Positions 16,385 to 24,427 of a stretch of 44,135 bases of DNA are shown here, piece after piece. The stretch is from contig CAYZYZ010000001.1 of assembly GCA_964482765.1 (NCBI GenBank), forward strand, positions 1 through 44,135, read 5' to 3'. Each line of letters begins with the position of its first letter. Positions within the stretch are counted from its first letter, which is position 1. The notes under the pieces are model-generated. The model made no database searches. It had not been told where the DNA came from and was given only the letters and a program-made list of their open reading frames with translations. This DNA comes from an uncultured Candidatus Saccharibacteria bacterium. Lineage in GTDB: Bacteria; Patescibacteriota; CPR2_A; CG2-30-33-46; CAYZYZ01. A program made the translations under genes and the position numbers.

Positions 16385-18422
16385 CCGGGTACTCAATCCT
16401 TTTATGATACATAGTCCTTAAAACATCAATAAATGATCCTTTTAAGGTCCCTATCTCTTTTAAGGTAAGCTCTGATTTATCTAGCTGACCTGTCTTGAGT
16501 TTGGAGTCTACAACCTCGAAAACTAGTTCTTTGATGCTGTCACCTGTAAGATGGGGTTCTGAACGGGCTTTCGCTTCTATTGAGTCAGCCAGCATTAGGA
16601 TAGCGGCTTCTCTTGTTTGAGGCAAAGGTCCTTCATAATGAAACTTTGAAAGATCAATGTCCAATTTTTGCTCCTTGGCTTTTGACAAAAAATAGAATAC
16701 CTCAGAAGTCCCATGGTGGCTTTCTATAAAATGAATAATTTCTTTGGGGAGCTTTTCTTTCTTAGCTAGCTCGACCCCTCCCAAAACATGGTCCTTAATA
16801 AGTGAAGCGCTCTTTTCAGGATCTTTTAGCTTGTCGTGGATATTATATCTCTTTTGATTCTCAATAAAATAAGAAGGATTTATTGTTTTTCCGATGTCGT
16901 GATAGAAAGCCCCGACCCTTACAAGGAAAGTGTTGGCACCTATGCTTTGGGCGGCTTTCTCTGCCAGGTTGGAAACTAGTATGCTGTGGTGGTATGTTCC
17001 CGGCGCCTTTAAAGACAAATCCTTCAAAAGTGATTGGTTAGGATTCTCAAGCTCTAAAAGCTCCAGAATGGTAGTAATCTTAAAAACATTGCCCCAAAAC
17101 AACAAGGTACCAATTATCAGAACAACTGAGCCGAGTCCGTAAATTGAAGCAGCTCCCAGCAAAACGGAAATTGTTCTGGGAGAAAAACTTCCCGCTATTA
17201 AATGAAAGGTCGTGGCAACAAAAAAATTGAAAGCCGCCAAGAAAATACCAATTCTAAAAATGTCTTCCAATCTGTTAACAAATTTTATACTGTAAACACC
17301 GACCAGAGAGGTTATAAGATATATTACCGAAAGCTCTAAAGAGCCTGATATAACTCCCAAAAAAGAAGAAATAATTATGGCTGAAAATACTGCTACCTCA
17401 GAAGAGATAAGAATTGAAACAAGTAAAACAGAAGCGGCTACAGGAATAACGTAAGCCATTATTGGTTTTAAAGGAGCAAGTACTTGAAATCCCAGGACCG
17501 TTAACAAAAAGAATGTGAGAAAAATATAAAAAGCTTTAAGACGAGAAAATGGGGTCACAGACTGAGGAGGAACAAAAAAATATTTAAAGTAGAAAACCGC
17601 CATAAGAACTACAATTAAAGAAAAAGTGATGATTCCGAAGGTTTTGGGATTAAAGAATTCTCTCGTCTTTAAACCCACTGCCTCAAGTTTCTCCAAATCC
17701 AGTTTATCAATTACTTTGCCAGAGTTAACTATAACCTCGTCTTTGGCTAAAAGTAGCGACACGGGCTCGGTCTCAGCCTTTGTTTTCTCAGCCTCCTTGT
17801 CGGTCTCATTTTTTGAAAATATGTAGTTGGAAATGAGAAGTGAAGAAACCAATTCCTTAATGGCGGTACGATTTTTTTCTGTGAACTGCCCCGGAATCTT
17901 TTTTTCTATGCTTTCGGAGGGAAACTTCTCATCGTTTCTGATTTTTTCTTTTTCCTGAAGCTCTGTCAAAACTTTCAAGACCTCTGATTTTATCATCTGC
18001 CAATCCTCAACTCCCATCTCACCAATGTAAGACGAAATCTCATCTGACAAATTGAGGTTGTAAGCTGAGGCAATCTGACTTGCCTTATCTTGAGGATTTG
18101 CCTCTCTTATAGTATCTATTTTCTTGAAAACCTCTTCTGTCTTGCTCTTTTGCTGAACCTCTATACTGGGATCGAATTTATATACCTTTTCCACTTTTTC
18201 AGCTGCTTTTGCCTGAGCTTCTTCTGTCTTAGTAATGCTTTTGAAATAAACTGTTCTGGGAGATTTTATGGTTTTGTCTGAAACCATGCCCTCAACAAGT
18301 TCGGTCTTGGGAGTAAATATAAAAGATATAGTAAAAATATTTAAAAAGATAAACAAAATCAAAGCCCCGGCAAAGAAACCGGGTATCTCTTTAAAAGGCG
18401 CTTTATTTTTTTGAGTCTCCAT
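16371..18422 (-). CDS. 7TM-receptor HD-domain phosphohydrolase (PgpH/YqfF-like)
   Basis: 683 aa with an extracellular N-domain, a multi-TM block and a C-terminal HD domain (HHSILVSNL...FYHDIGK...ESHHG). It occupies the conserved position upstream of ybeY-dgkA. Confidence 0.85.
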   Translation of the reverse strand: METQKNKAPFKEIPGFFAGALILFIFLNIFTISFIFTPKTELVEGMVSDKTIKSPRTVYFKSITKTEEAQAKAAEKVEKVYKFDPSIEVQQKSKTEEVFKKIDTIREANPQDKASQIASAYNLNLSDEISSYIGEMGVEDWQMIKSEVLKVLTELQEKEKIRNDEKFPSESIEKKIPGQFTEKNRTAIKELVSSLLISNYIFSKNETDKEAEKTKAETEPVSLLLAKDEVIVNSGKVIDKLDLEKLEAVGLKTREFFNPKTFGIITFSLIVVLMAVFYFKYFFVPPQSVTPFSRLKAFYIFLTFFLLTVLGFQVLAPLKPIMAYVIPVAASVLLVSILISSEVAVFSAIIISSFLGVISGSLELSVIYLITSLVGVYSIKFVNRLEDIFRIGIFLAAFNFFVATTFHLIAGSFSPRTISVLLGAASIYGLGSVVLIIGTLLFWGNVFKITTILELLELENPNQSLLKDLSLKAPGTYHHSILVSNLAEKAAQSIGANTFLVRVGAFYHDIGKTINPSYFIENQKRYNIHDKLKDPEKSASLIKDHVLGGVELAKKEKLPKEIIHFIESHHGTSEVFYFLSKAKEQKLDIDLSKFHYEGPLPQTREAAILMLADSIEAKARSEPHLTGDSIKELVFEVVDSKLKTGQLDKSELTLKEIGTLKGSFIDVLRTMYHKRIEYPDVKK

Positions 18423-18424
18423 AG

Positions 18425-18868
18425 TTAACTTAAAAGTTCTTGAACCTTTTTGGAAACAACACTACCCTCAACCCTACCTTTGAGGCGAGGCATGAGCTTA
18501 CTCATCACCTTACCTATGTCTTGAGGACCGCTGGCTCCAACTTTTAGAATCACTTCTTTTATCACTTGGGCAAGCTCCTCCTCGCTAATCTGCTCCGGAA
18601 GATACTTTTCTAGAATCTCCTTCTCTTTATTTTCTTTTTCTTGAAGCTCCACTCTTCCAGCTTTCTCATAAATATCTCGAGCCTCTTTTCTTTTTTTGAT
18701 CTCTTTGAAAATCAAATCCTGGAGTTCTTTTTCTTTCAACTTGCCCCTCTTTTCTATCTCTTTGTTTTTAATAACAGACTTTAAGAGACGCAACGTTGAT
18801 ACTGTTTCTTCGTCTTTGGATTTTAGAGCTTTTTTAAAGTCTTCTTCGATTTTGGCAAAAGTTGACAT
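18425..18868 (-). CDS. GatB/YqeY domain protein
   Basis: 147 aa. The pattern ALKSKDEETVSTLRLLKSVIKN...KYLPEQISEEEL...GPQDIGKVM is typical of YqeY. Follows rpsU, as in Firmicutes. Confidence 0.85.
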   Translation of the reverse strand: MSTFAKIEEDFKKALKSKDEETVSTLRLLKSVIKNKEIEKRGKLKEKELQDLIFKEIKKRKEARDIYEKAGRVELQEKENKEKEILEKYLPEQISEEELAQVIKEVILKVGASGPQDIGKVMSKLMPRLKGRVEGSVVSKKVQELLS

Positions 18869-19080
18869 TATTTTTTTCCTTTTTTAAATACTTCTTTTCT
18901 TAGCTCCTTAATTTTTGCTTTTCTTATAGCCTCAACTCTTCTTCTGGTTTTGCTTAAAGATCTTTTAAAGAATTGATTTCGCCGAGCCTGTGATAGTTTT
19001 CCGCTTTGCAATACTTTTCTGTTGAAACGCCTGAAAAGATTTTCAAAAGACTCATTCTCTTTCTTGGTTACTTCTTGCAA
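18868..19080 (-). CDS. rpsU: 30S ribosomal protein S21
   Basis: ENESFENLFRRFNRKVLQSGKL...RRNQFFKRSLSKTRRR. TTG start sits 7 nt after ggagg. Confidence 0.9.
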   Translation of the reverse strand: MQEVTKKENESFENLFRRFNRKVLQSGKLSQARRNQFFKRSLSKTRRRVEAIRKAKIKELRKEVFKKGKK

Positions 19081-19098
19081 GTTAATACCTCCTCTCTA

Positions 19099-19443
19099 TT
19101 ATGCCTCTGGACCTAGTTTACCGCCTCCTAGAAGATGAAGATGGATGTGATCTAAAATAACAGCTCCGGCATTCGGACCAACGTTAAATGTTAGTCGGTA
19201 GCCGTCTTTTATTAATCCTTTCTTTTCGGCAATCTTTTTAGCAACTAAAATTAGTTTGCCAACTAAAAGCAAATCTTCTTCAGAAATATCTGCCGCTGAC
19301 TTTATTCGGTGTTCTTTGGGAACAATAAGAATGTGAATCGGCGCTCTAGGTTTTATGTCTCGGAAAGCAACAATCTTTTGGTCTTCATACTCTATATCTG
19401 CCGGCACTTCTTTTTTTATAATTTTACAAAAAATACACTCCAT
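19099..19443 (-). CDS. HIT family (histidine triad) nucleotide hydrolase
   Basis: CIFCKII at the N-terminus and the HIHLHLLGG histidine triad. Confidence 0.9.
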   Translation of the reverse strand: MECIFCKIIKKEVPADIEYEDQKIVAFRDIKPRAPIHILIVPKEHRIKSAADISEEDLLLVGKLILVAKKIAEKKGLIKDGYRLTFNVGPNAGAVILDHIHLHLLGGGKLGPEA

Positions 19444-19504
19444 CTCTTTTCCTATATAGATTAAATTTTAGCAAACATAATTTTAGCAGAAAAATAGCTA
19501 AGTG

Positions 19505-19635
19505 TAAAACCCCATATATCCCCAGCCTTCACCCCATTAGAAAAACGAAATATCAATCTATCGTTCCAATTGTAAAACAAAGGGATGATTTCTAACGGGA
19601 TGAACCCAGGGCTTTCGGGATTATACGGGGTAAAA
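19505..19635. repeat. Family B element with a family A element nested in its centre
   Basis: TAAAA|ccccatatatccccagcc[ttcaccccattaga-49 nt-tctaacgggatgaa]cccagggctttcgggattatacgggg|TAAAA. The inner A copy is at 19528-19604. Confidence 0.75.
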
Positions 19636-19673
19636 CCTTTAATTTCCTTCCCAATTTCCTCTTTACAAAAGTA

Positions 19674-19702
19674 TTGACAAATTTCAAAAAGCTTGCTATA
19701 CT
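19674..19702 (+). promoter_or_regulatory. Strong sigma70-type promoter for the transglycosylase gene
   Basis: TTGACA (19674-19679), 17-nt spacer, TATACT (19697-19702). Confidence 0.6.
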
Positions 19703-19773
19703 ATCCCCTTTATAAAAAATAGGCTATTAGCGCCTATTTTTTATTTTTGGGGAAATTTTCCCCAAAAAGGAGG

Positions 19774-19813
19774 TTTACCCCGTTAGATGGTTAGTTTTAT
19801 CTAACGGGGTTTA
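19774..19813. repeat. Family A element, minimal 32-nt core form, in the 5' leader
   Basis: TTTA|ccccgttagatggttagttttatctaacgggg|TTTA. It sits between an upstream aaggagg and the functional aggag SD. Confidence 0.85.
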
Positions 19814-19822
19814 GGAGAATTT

Positions 19823-20440
19823 ATGAGTAGAATAAGAATTTTAGCCTTAATACTTCTAATTTTAGGAACAAGCTTCTTGAACGAGGTCAAGGCTCAAGAA
19901 CAGCCTCAATTTGAGATCCCTCTAAGAGAGGATAAAATCGAGAGGTTAGCTTCAATTAAAGCTCAAGAAACAGAAAAAGAGCCTGTTTTGGAGAATTTAC
20001 AGACTCTCCAGATTCAGCGTGAACAGAATGAAGCCAAAACAATCGATGAAGCTAATATCCAGAAACTTTTAGCTAGCAGCTTTAAGGCTGATTTCTATGA
20101 TGTATACAAAAATGCAGCCTCCCAATACGGGCTGGAGTGGCAGATACTGGCAGCTGTTCATAAGGTTGAAACTGGTCAAAGCGGAGACACGGGAAGAAAA
20201 AGCTCTCAAGTTGCAACCGGACCAATGCAGTTTATTCCCTCTACTTTTAGGGCTTATGGTGTTGACGGCAACGGAGATGGCATAAAAGACATTAATAATG
20301 TCCATGATACCATATTCTCGGCAGCCAATTATCTTAGGGCCAATGTAAAAGGAGGCGACATAACTCCGGCGCTGTTTCGCTATAACCACAGCTCAAGCTA
20401 TGTGAATAAAGTCAAAAATCTTGCCTCCTTATTGAAATAA
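19823..20440 (+). CDS. Secreted lytic transglycosylase-like peptidoglycan hydrolase
   Basis: N-terminal signal/TM segment (ILALILLILGTSFL). The C-terminal GPMQFIPSTFRAYGVDGNGDGIKDINNVHDTIFSAANYL matches the lytic murein transglycosylase (SLT_2-type) pattern. Confidence 0.8.
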   Translation: MSRIRILALILLILGTSFLNEVKAQEQPQFEIPLREDKIERLASIKAQETEKEPVLENLQTLQIQREQNEAKTIDEANIQKLLASSFKADFYDVYKNAASQYGLEWQILAAVHKVETGQSGDTGRKSSQVATGPMQFIPSTFRAYGVDGNGDGIKDINNVHDTIFSAANYLRANVKGGDITPALFRYNHSSSYVNKVKNLASLLK

Positions 20441-20445
20441 ACAAA

Positions 20446-20471
20446 ACCCCGCACCCTTTCTGGTGCGGGGT
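20446..20471 (+). terminator. GC-rich hairpin after the transglycosylase gene (weak U-tract)
   Basis: accccgcacc-ctttct-ggtgcggggt. The same cccgcac/gtgcggg stem type recurs at 477-509, 24198-24347 and 42196-42260. Confidence 0.5.
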
Positions 20472-20681
20472 AGAATTATCGCTGCAGAAGAAATACCGAC
20501 CCTTCTATTCAAGTTTTTAGCTCCTGCCTAAGCCTCAACTTAAACAGCGACAGCTAAATAATTTTTGTTTTTTTATCGGGAGCTTCTGCAACTGAGTAAC
20601 TCCGTTTATAATTTAAAACTATTTTTAAATTTTGTCTGTGATTTAAATCACTTTTTTTAGTGGATAACTTAAAAACGTATT

Positions 20682-21367
20682 TTAGATAAATTCTTTAATC
20701 TTATCTGTATTTAAAATTATGCGCCTATCTTTTGCCAGATTGATGAAAGAAAGCTTACGCAGTTTCTTTAGGATTTTTGTTGCCGTCTCTCTAGAAGTTC
20801 CGATCATATCTGCAAACTCTTCATGAGTTAAACGAACACCTATCTTTACCCCATTGTTTCCCAGTCTTGTACCAACCTTTCTGCTTAACCTCAAAAGTTC
20901 ATTTATGGCTCTGATGGTGGCGTTATGCAAAGCTAAATCTCGTATCCTGCTATCAGCCTCATTCAACTTTTTAGCAAGCTCTCTTATAACGTTCAAAGCC
21001 ACTTTCGGATACTTTGAAATAACCTCGAAAAAATCTTCCTTTCCCATTTTATAAATTTTTGTTTCTTCTCCTGCTACCGCAAAATCGGTCATCCTAATCG
21101 AAGGATCAGACACCAAAGAAAAGTTAAAAAAACATCACCGGGCTTTAGAATGTCAATTATTATTTTCTTGCCCTCAGCTGACAGCTCGTAGAGCAAAACC
21201 TCGCCCGAATCAACCATATAAAAATTTTCGAAATCTTCATACGGCGTAAATATCGTTTCTCCCCTTTCATGCTTTTCTTCTTTAAAAAAAGAAACTACAT
21301 CGCTTCTCTCTTTTTCGTCGAGGTCTTTAAATATGTTTATGCACTGTACACATATGTAGTTTGACAT
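20682..21367 (-). pseudogene. Crp/Fnr family transcriptional regulator interrupted by a frameshift in a T7 run
   Basis: The N-terminal cNMP-binding half (21089-21367, ...ILKPGDVF) and the C-terminal half with the HTH (20682-21116, ...LTHEEFADMIGTSRETATKILKKL) are in different frames. Adding one T to the run at 21126-21132 gives PGDVFFNFSLVSDPSIRMTDFAVA, a normal Crp beta-roll. Confidence 0.8.
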
Positions 21368-21402
21368 CTGGCTCTCCGGATAAATTTGGGGATTAAATTA
21401 TA

Positions 21403-21431
21403 TTAAAAAATAAACCCTTTTTCAAGGGTTT
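21403..21431 (-). terminator. Rho-independent terminator after hisS
   Basis: Minus strand reads aaacccttgaaaaagggttt followed by atttttt. Confidence 0.6.
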
Positions 21432-21500
21432 ACCCCGTTAGATCCCTACGGGATCCCGTAGGGATAAATCGTATAGTGGGGGATTGCTATCCCGATTACC
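21429..21500. repeat. Partial family A element (left end only) with a perfect 24-nt palindrome
   Basis: TTTA|ccccgttag then atccctacgggatcccgtagggat, then gggggattgctatcccg. No matching right end was found. Confidence 0.55.
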
Positions 21501-21570
21501 TTAGTATATTTTATCAGATGAAGTAATCATTGTAGCAGTTCTTGAAGGGTTTATTACCAAAAAGAAAATG

Positions 21571-22893
21571 TTAGAAGTTGGAATTTTCTCTTGGCAGACG
21601 CTTCTTTATTTCGTCTACCACATTTTCAACGCTCACAACTTCCTGCATGCCTCCGCTCATATCCCTAATAATTACTGTACCGTCCAGAACCTCTTTGTGT
21701 CCCAAAATAAGCGCCAACGGAACTTTTAATTTATCAACCAGCTTAAGCTGAGATTTTATGCTCTCTTTTCCCAAAGCGGATGTTACCTTGAATCCTTCTT
21801 CCCTGAGCTCTTCGGTTAAATTAAGGCTCTTCTTCTTTGCCAGCTTGCCTAGCTGAACTATGAAAATATCAGGTATATCTCTTATGGGGATTTTTACTTC
21901 ATTTTCTTTTAAGAGATCTATAATTCTCTCAATACCCAAGGCAAATCCAATAGCAGGAGTCGGCTTTCCGCCAAACATGGAAATCAAATCATCATATCTT
22001 CCGCCGCCGCCCAGCGACACCTGCGAAGGGTCTTTTATCTTTTCATCCTGAGGCCAAATCTCAAAAACCGTCCTAGTGTAATAATCCAACCCTCTAACCA
22101 AATAAGTATTTAACTCATAAGGAATCCCCAGCTCGTCGAGATATTCCAAAACCTCTCTAAAGTGATTCTGATCTTCGCTGTCGAGATAATCTATAATCTG
22201 CGGAGCGCCGGCTTTGTATTCTTGGCAAGCCGGCTCTTTACAATCTAAGAGTCTTAAAGGATTCTTGTTGTATCTCCTCTTGCAGTCCGGACAGAGATGC
22301 CTCAAAACAGGTTTGTAATAGCTTATGAGTTTTTTTATAAATTTCCCTCGACACTTGGAGCAACCAATAGAGTTAATCTGAATTGAAAAATCTTTAATCT
22401 TGAAACTTCTTACGAGTCTTGAAACTAGAGAAATTAGTTGAGCATCTAAAATGGGGTCCATCTCTCCCAAAATTTCAAAACCGAGCTGGTGGAACTGTCG
22501 GTATCTTCCTTTTTGGGGGCGGTCATAACGAAACATCGGACCTATATAATAAAGCTGGACCGGCTGAGGCAGCGACTGCATACCGTGTTCGATGTATGAA
22601 CGAGCAATAGAAGCGGTACTCTCTGGTCTTAAAACCAATCTCTCTTTATCTTCTTTCTCATCGCCCCCTTTGCCCCTTTCTACCTTGAACATCTCTTTTT
22701 CTATTATGTCTGTCTCTCGACCTATGGAGTGTTCAAAAAGAAGAGCCTTTTCAACTATTGGCGTCTCGATTTCCAAAAAACCGGCAGACTTGGCGATTCT
22801 TAGAAAATTATTTTCTATAAACTGCCAGTATTTTTGATCTTCGGGAAGAATGTCGTGCATTCCCCTAATGGTTTGTATCTGATTTTTCGCCAT
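21571..22893 (-). CDS. hisS: Histidyl-tRNA synthetase
   Basis: Class II motifs: RGMHDILP, LRPESTAS, FRYDRPQKGRYRQFHQ, GGGGRYD and an anticodon-binding C-terminus. Confidence 0.95.
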   Translation of the reverse strand: MAKNQIQTIRGMHDILPEDQKYWQFIENNFLRIAKSAGFLEIETPIVEKALLFEHSIGRETDIIEKEMFKVERGKGGDEKEDKERLVLRPESTASIARSYIEHGMQSLPQPVQLYYIGPMFRYDRPQKGRYRQFHQLGFEILGEMDPILDAQLISLVSRLVRSFKIKDFSIQINSIGCSKCRGKFIKKLISYYKPVLRHLCPDCKRRYNKNPLRLLDCKEPACQEYKAGAPQIIDYLDSEDQNHFREVLEYLDELGIPYELNTYLVRGLDYYTRTVFEIWPQDEKIKDPSQVSLGGGGRYDDLISMFGGKPTPAIGFALGIERIIDLLKENEVKIPIRDIPDIFIVQLGKLAKKKSLNLTEELREEGFKVTSALGKESIKSQLKLVDKLKVPLALILGHKEVLDGTVIIRDMSGGMQEVVSVENVVDEIKKRLPRENSNF

Positions 22894-22990
22894 ACTATTT
22901 TTTCTAACTTGATTTTAAATTTAACACATAAAGGCAAAAAATTCAAAAATCCACTTCTCAGGAAATAAGAAAAAAGGCAAAAAATTAAAA

Positions 22991-23108
22991 ATGTCTAATT
23001 ACTAATTTCTAATCAACAACCAATTTTTCAATGTCCAATGCCTGAAATTATTTGGTTATTTTGTCATTGGGATTTAATTAGAAATTAGAGCAATTAGGAA
23101 TTAGTTAT
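22991..23108. repeat. Family C long AT-rich palindrome in the hisS/galT-like divergent region
   Basis: Left arm ctaattactaatttctaat...tccaatg. Right arm gtcattgggatttaattagaaattagagcaattaggaattag (23063-23104), nearly identical to 37733-37778. Confidence 0.65.
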
Positions 23109-23130
23109 TAAAACTGTCTAATATCTGATT

Positions 23131-23186
23131 ACTTGTTCACTGTTAACTGTTAACTGTTTACTGTTAACTGTTTACTGTCTTATAAT
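23131..23186 (+). repeat. ACTGTTA/ACTGTTT heptamer tandem array ending in TATAAT, 7 nt upstream of the start codon
   Basis: cttgttc actgtta actgtta actgttt actgtta actgttt actgtct tataat agacct ATG. Confidence 0.75.
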
Positions 23187-23192
23187 AGACCT

Positions 23193-24197
23193 ATGAATGA
23201 ATTACGAACTTGTCCTATCACCGGCAGAAAGGTAATAATCGCCAAAAGGAGAGCGAAAAGATTTAGAGATGTCAGAGGACCTAAATCTTTTGCCTCAACT
23301 AGCAAAAAGGACTGTCCCTTTTGCTATGGAAAAAATTTAAAGGTTAAAGAAACTTTCAGAATCGACTGGCACTTGATTGACAAATACAACTGGGACTTAA
23401 GAGGATTTTTGAATCTTTCCCCCTATCTTGAAAAAAAGAATATCAGATTAAGGAAACATGGCGATAGTCTATTTAAAATTACCCTTCCTTATGGATCAGC
23501 TGAGATTTTGATAGAAAACCGTGAACACTCCAAAAAACTGGCAGATATGAGCGAGATCGAATTGGAAGAAATTTTTATAGCCTACAAGAATAGATACGAA
23601 GACTTGATGAAAGAGTGGAAAGAGGTTTTAATTTTCAGAAATTACGGATTTTTTGCTGGGCAGAGCATCACCCATCCGCATACCCAGATAGTAGCATTGG
23701 GCGATGAGAGTTTCAATGTTAAAAGAGAAAAAGACATAGCCCTACATTATTATAACAAGAAAAGGAAATGCTTAATTTGCAATTTTATTAAAAAAGAGCA
23801 AGGAAAAAAAGAGAGGATTATCTTTGAAAATGAAGATTTTATAGCCTTGGCTTCTTGGGCACCAGTATTTCCTTATGAGCTTTTAATCATACCTAAGAAA
23901 CACCAAAATAACATTTTAGATATCTCTTTGGACTCAATGTCTTGCTTTGGAAAAATTTTTAAAGATGTCTTTAAGGCGCTGGATGAAAAATTATTTGATC
24001 CCTCTTACAATTATTATCTTAGAAATTATGAACCTCAAGACAAAAAAGAGGAAAAATCTCTGCACTGGTTTATTAGAGTTATGCCTCGCGGCATATCAAT
24101 ACCTGCCGGTTTTGAGTTAGGAACCGGAATTGAATCGGTCAATGTGATTCCGCCGGAAGATGCGGCAAAATTTTTAAAGTCAGAAGCTAAAAAATAA
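23193..24197 (+). CDS. Galactose-1-phosphate uridylyltransferase-like (GalT branch of the HIT superfamily) nucleotidyltransferase
   Basis: 334 aa. N-terminal CP...CPFC zinc site and the catalytic HPHTQ motif (SITHPHTQIVAL). Confidence 0.8.
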   Translation: MNELRTCPITGRKVIIAKRRAKRFRDVRGPKSFASTSKKDCPFCYGKNLKVKETFRIDWHLIDKYNWDLRGFLNLSPYLEKKNIRLRKHGDSLFKITLPYGSAEILIENREHSKKLADMSEIELEEIFIAYKNRYEDLMKEWKEVLIFRNYGFFAGQSITHPHTQIVALGDESFNVKREKDIALHYYNKKRKCLICNFIKKEQGKKERIIFENEDFIALASWAPVFPYELLIIPKKHQNNILDISLDSMSCFGKIFKDVFKALDEKLFDPSYNYYLRNYEPQDKKEEKSLHWFIRVMPRGISIPAGFELGTGIESVNVIPPEDAAKFLKSEAKK

Positions 24198-24347
24198 ATC
24201 CCACACTAACTTTGCCCTCAACTTTAGGGACGGCACGCCCCGATGGCCATCGGGGACCCTATTCGGGTCAGTGCCGCAGCCTGTTGACTAATTTTCTTAT
24301 TAATTTTGCGTAATTCTTGGTTAAGAAACGCGAAGTTAGTGCGGGAT
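24198..24347. other. GC-rich structured island closed by a 15-bp long-range stem (ncRNA or composite repeat)
   Basis: atcccacactaactt (24198-24212) pairs with aagttagtgcgggat (24333-24347). Inside, cggcac/gtgccg encloses the hairpins ccccgatggccatcgggg (24238-24255) and gaccctattcgggtc. Confidence 0.4.
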
Positions 24348-24354
24348 AAAAATA

Positions 24355-24426
24355 TAAACCCCGTTAGAAATACGAGATATTAAATATCTATCACTCCAGC
24401 TAAAAAAAGATTTCTAACGAGGTAAA
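24355..24426. repeat. Family A element (AT-rich 44-nt interior) just past the rel stop
   Basis: TAAA|ccccgttaga-44 nt-tctaacgagg|TAAA. Confidence 0.8.
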
Positions 24427-24427
24427 A

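Noticed and set aside
24198-24347. The GC-rich island as SRP RNA, RNase P RNA, tmRNA or 6S RNA.
   Set aside because: It lacks the SRP domain IV GGAA/AGCA motifs, the RNase P GAGGAAAGTCC motif and a tmRNA tRNA-like end. It is too short for RNase P or tmRNA. It is kept only as an unclassified structured island.
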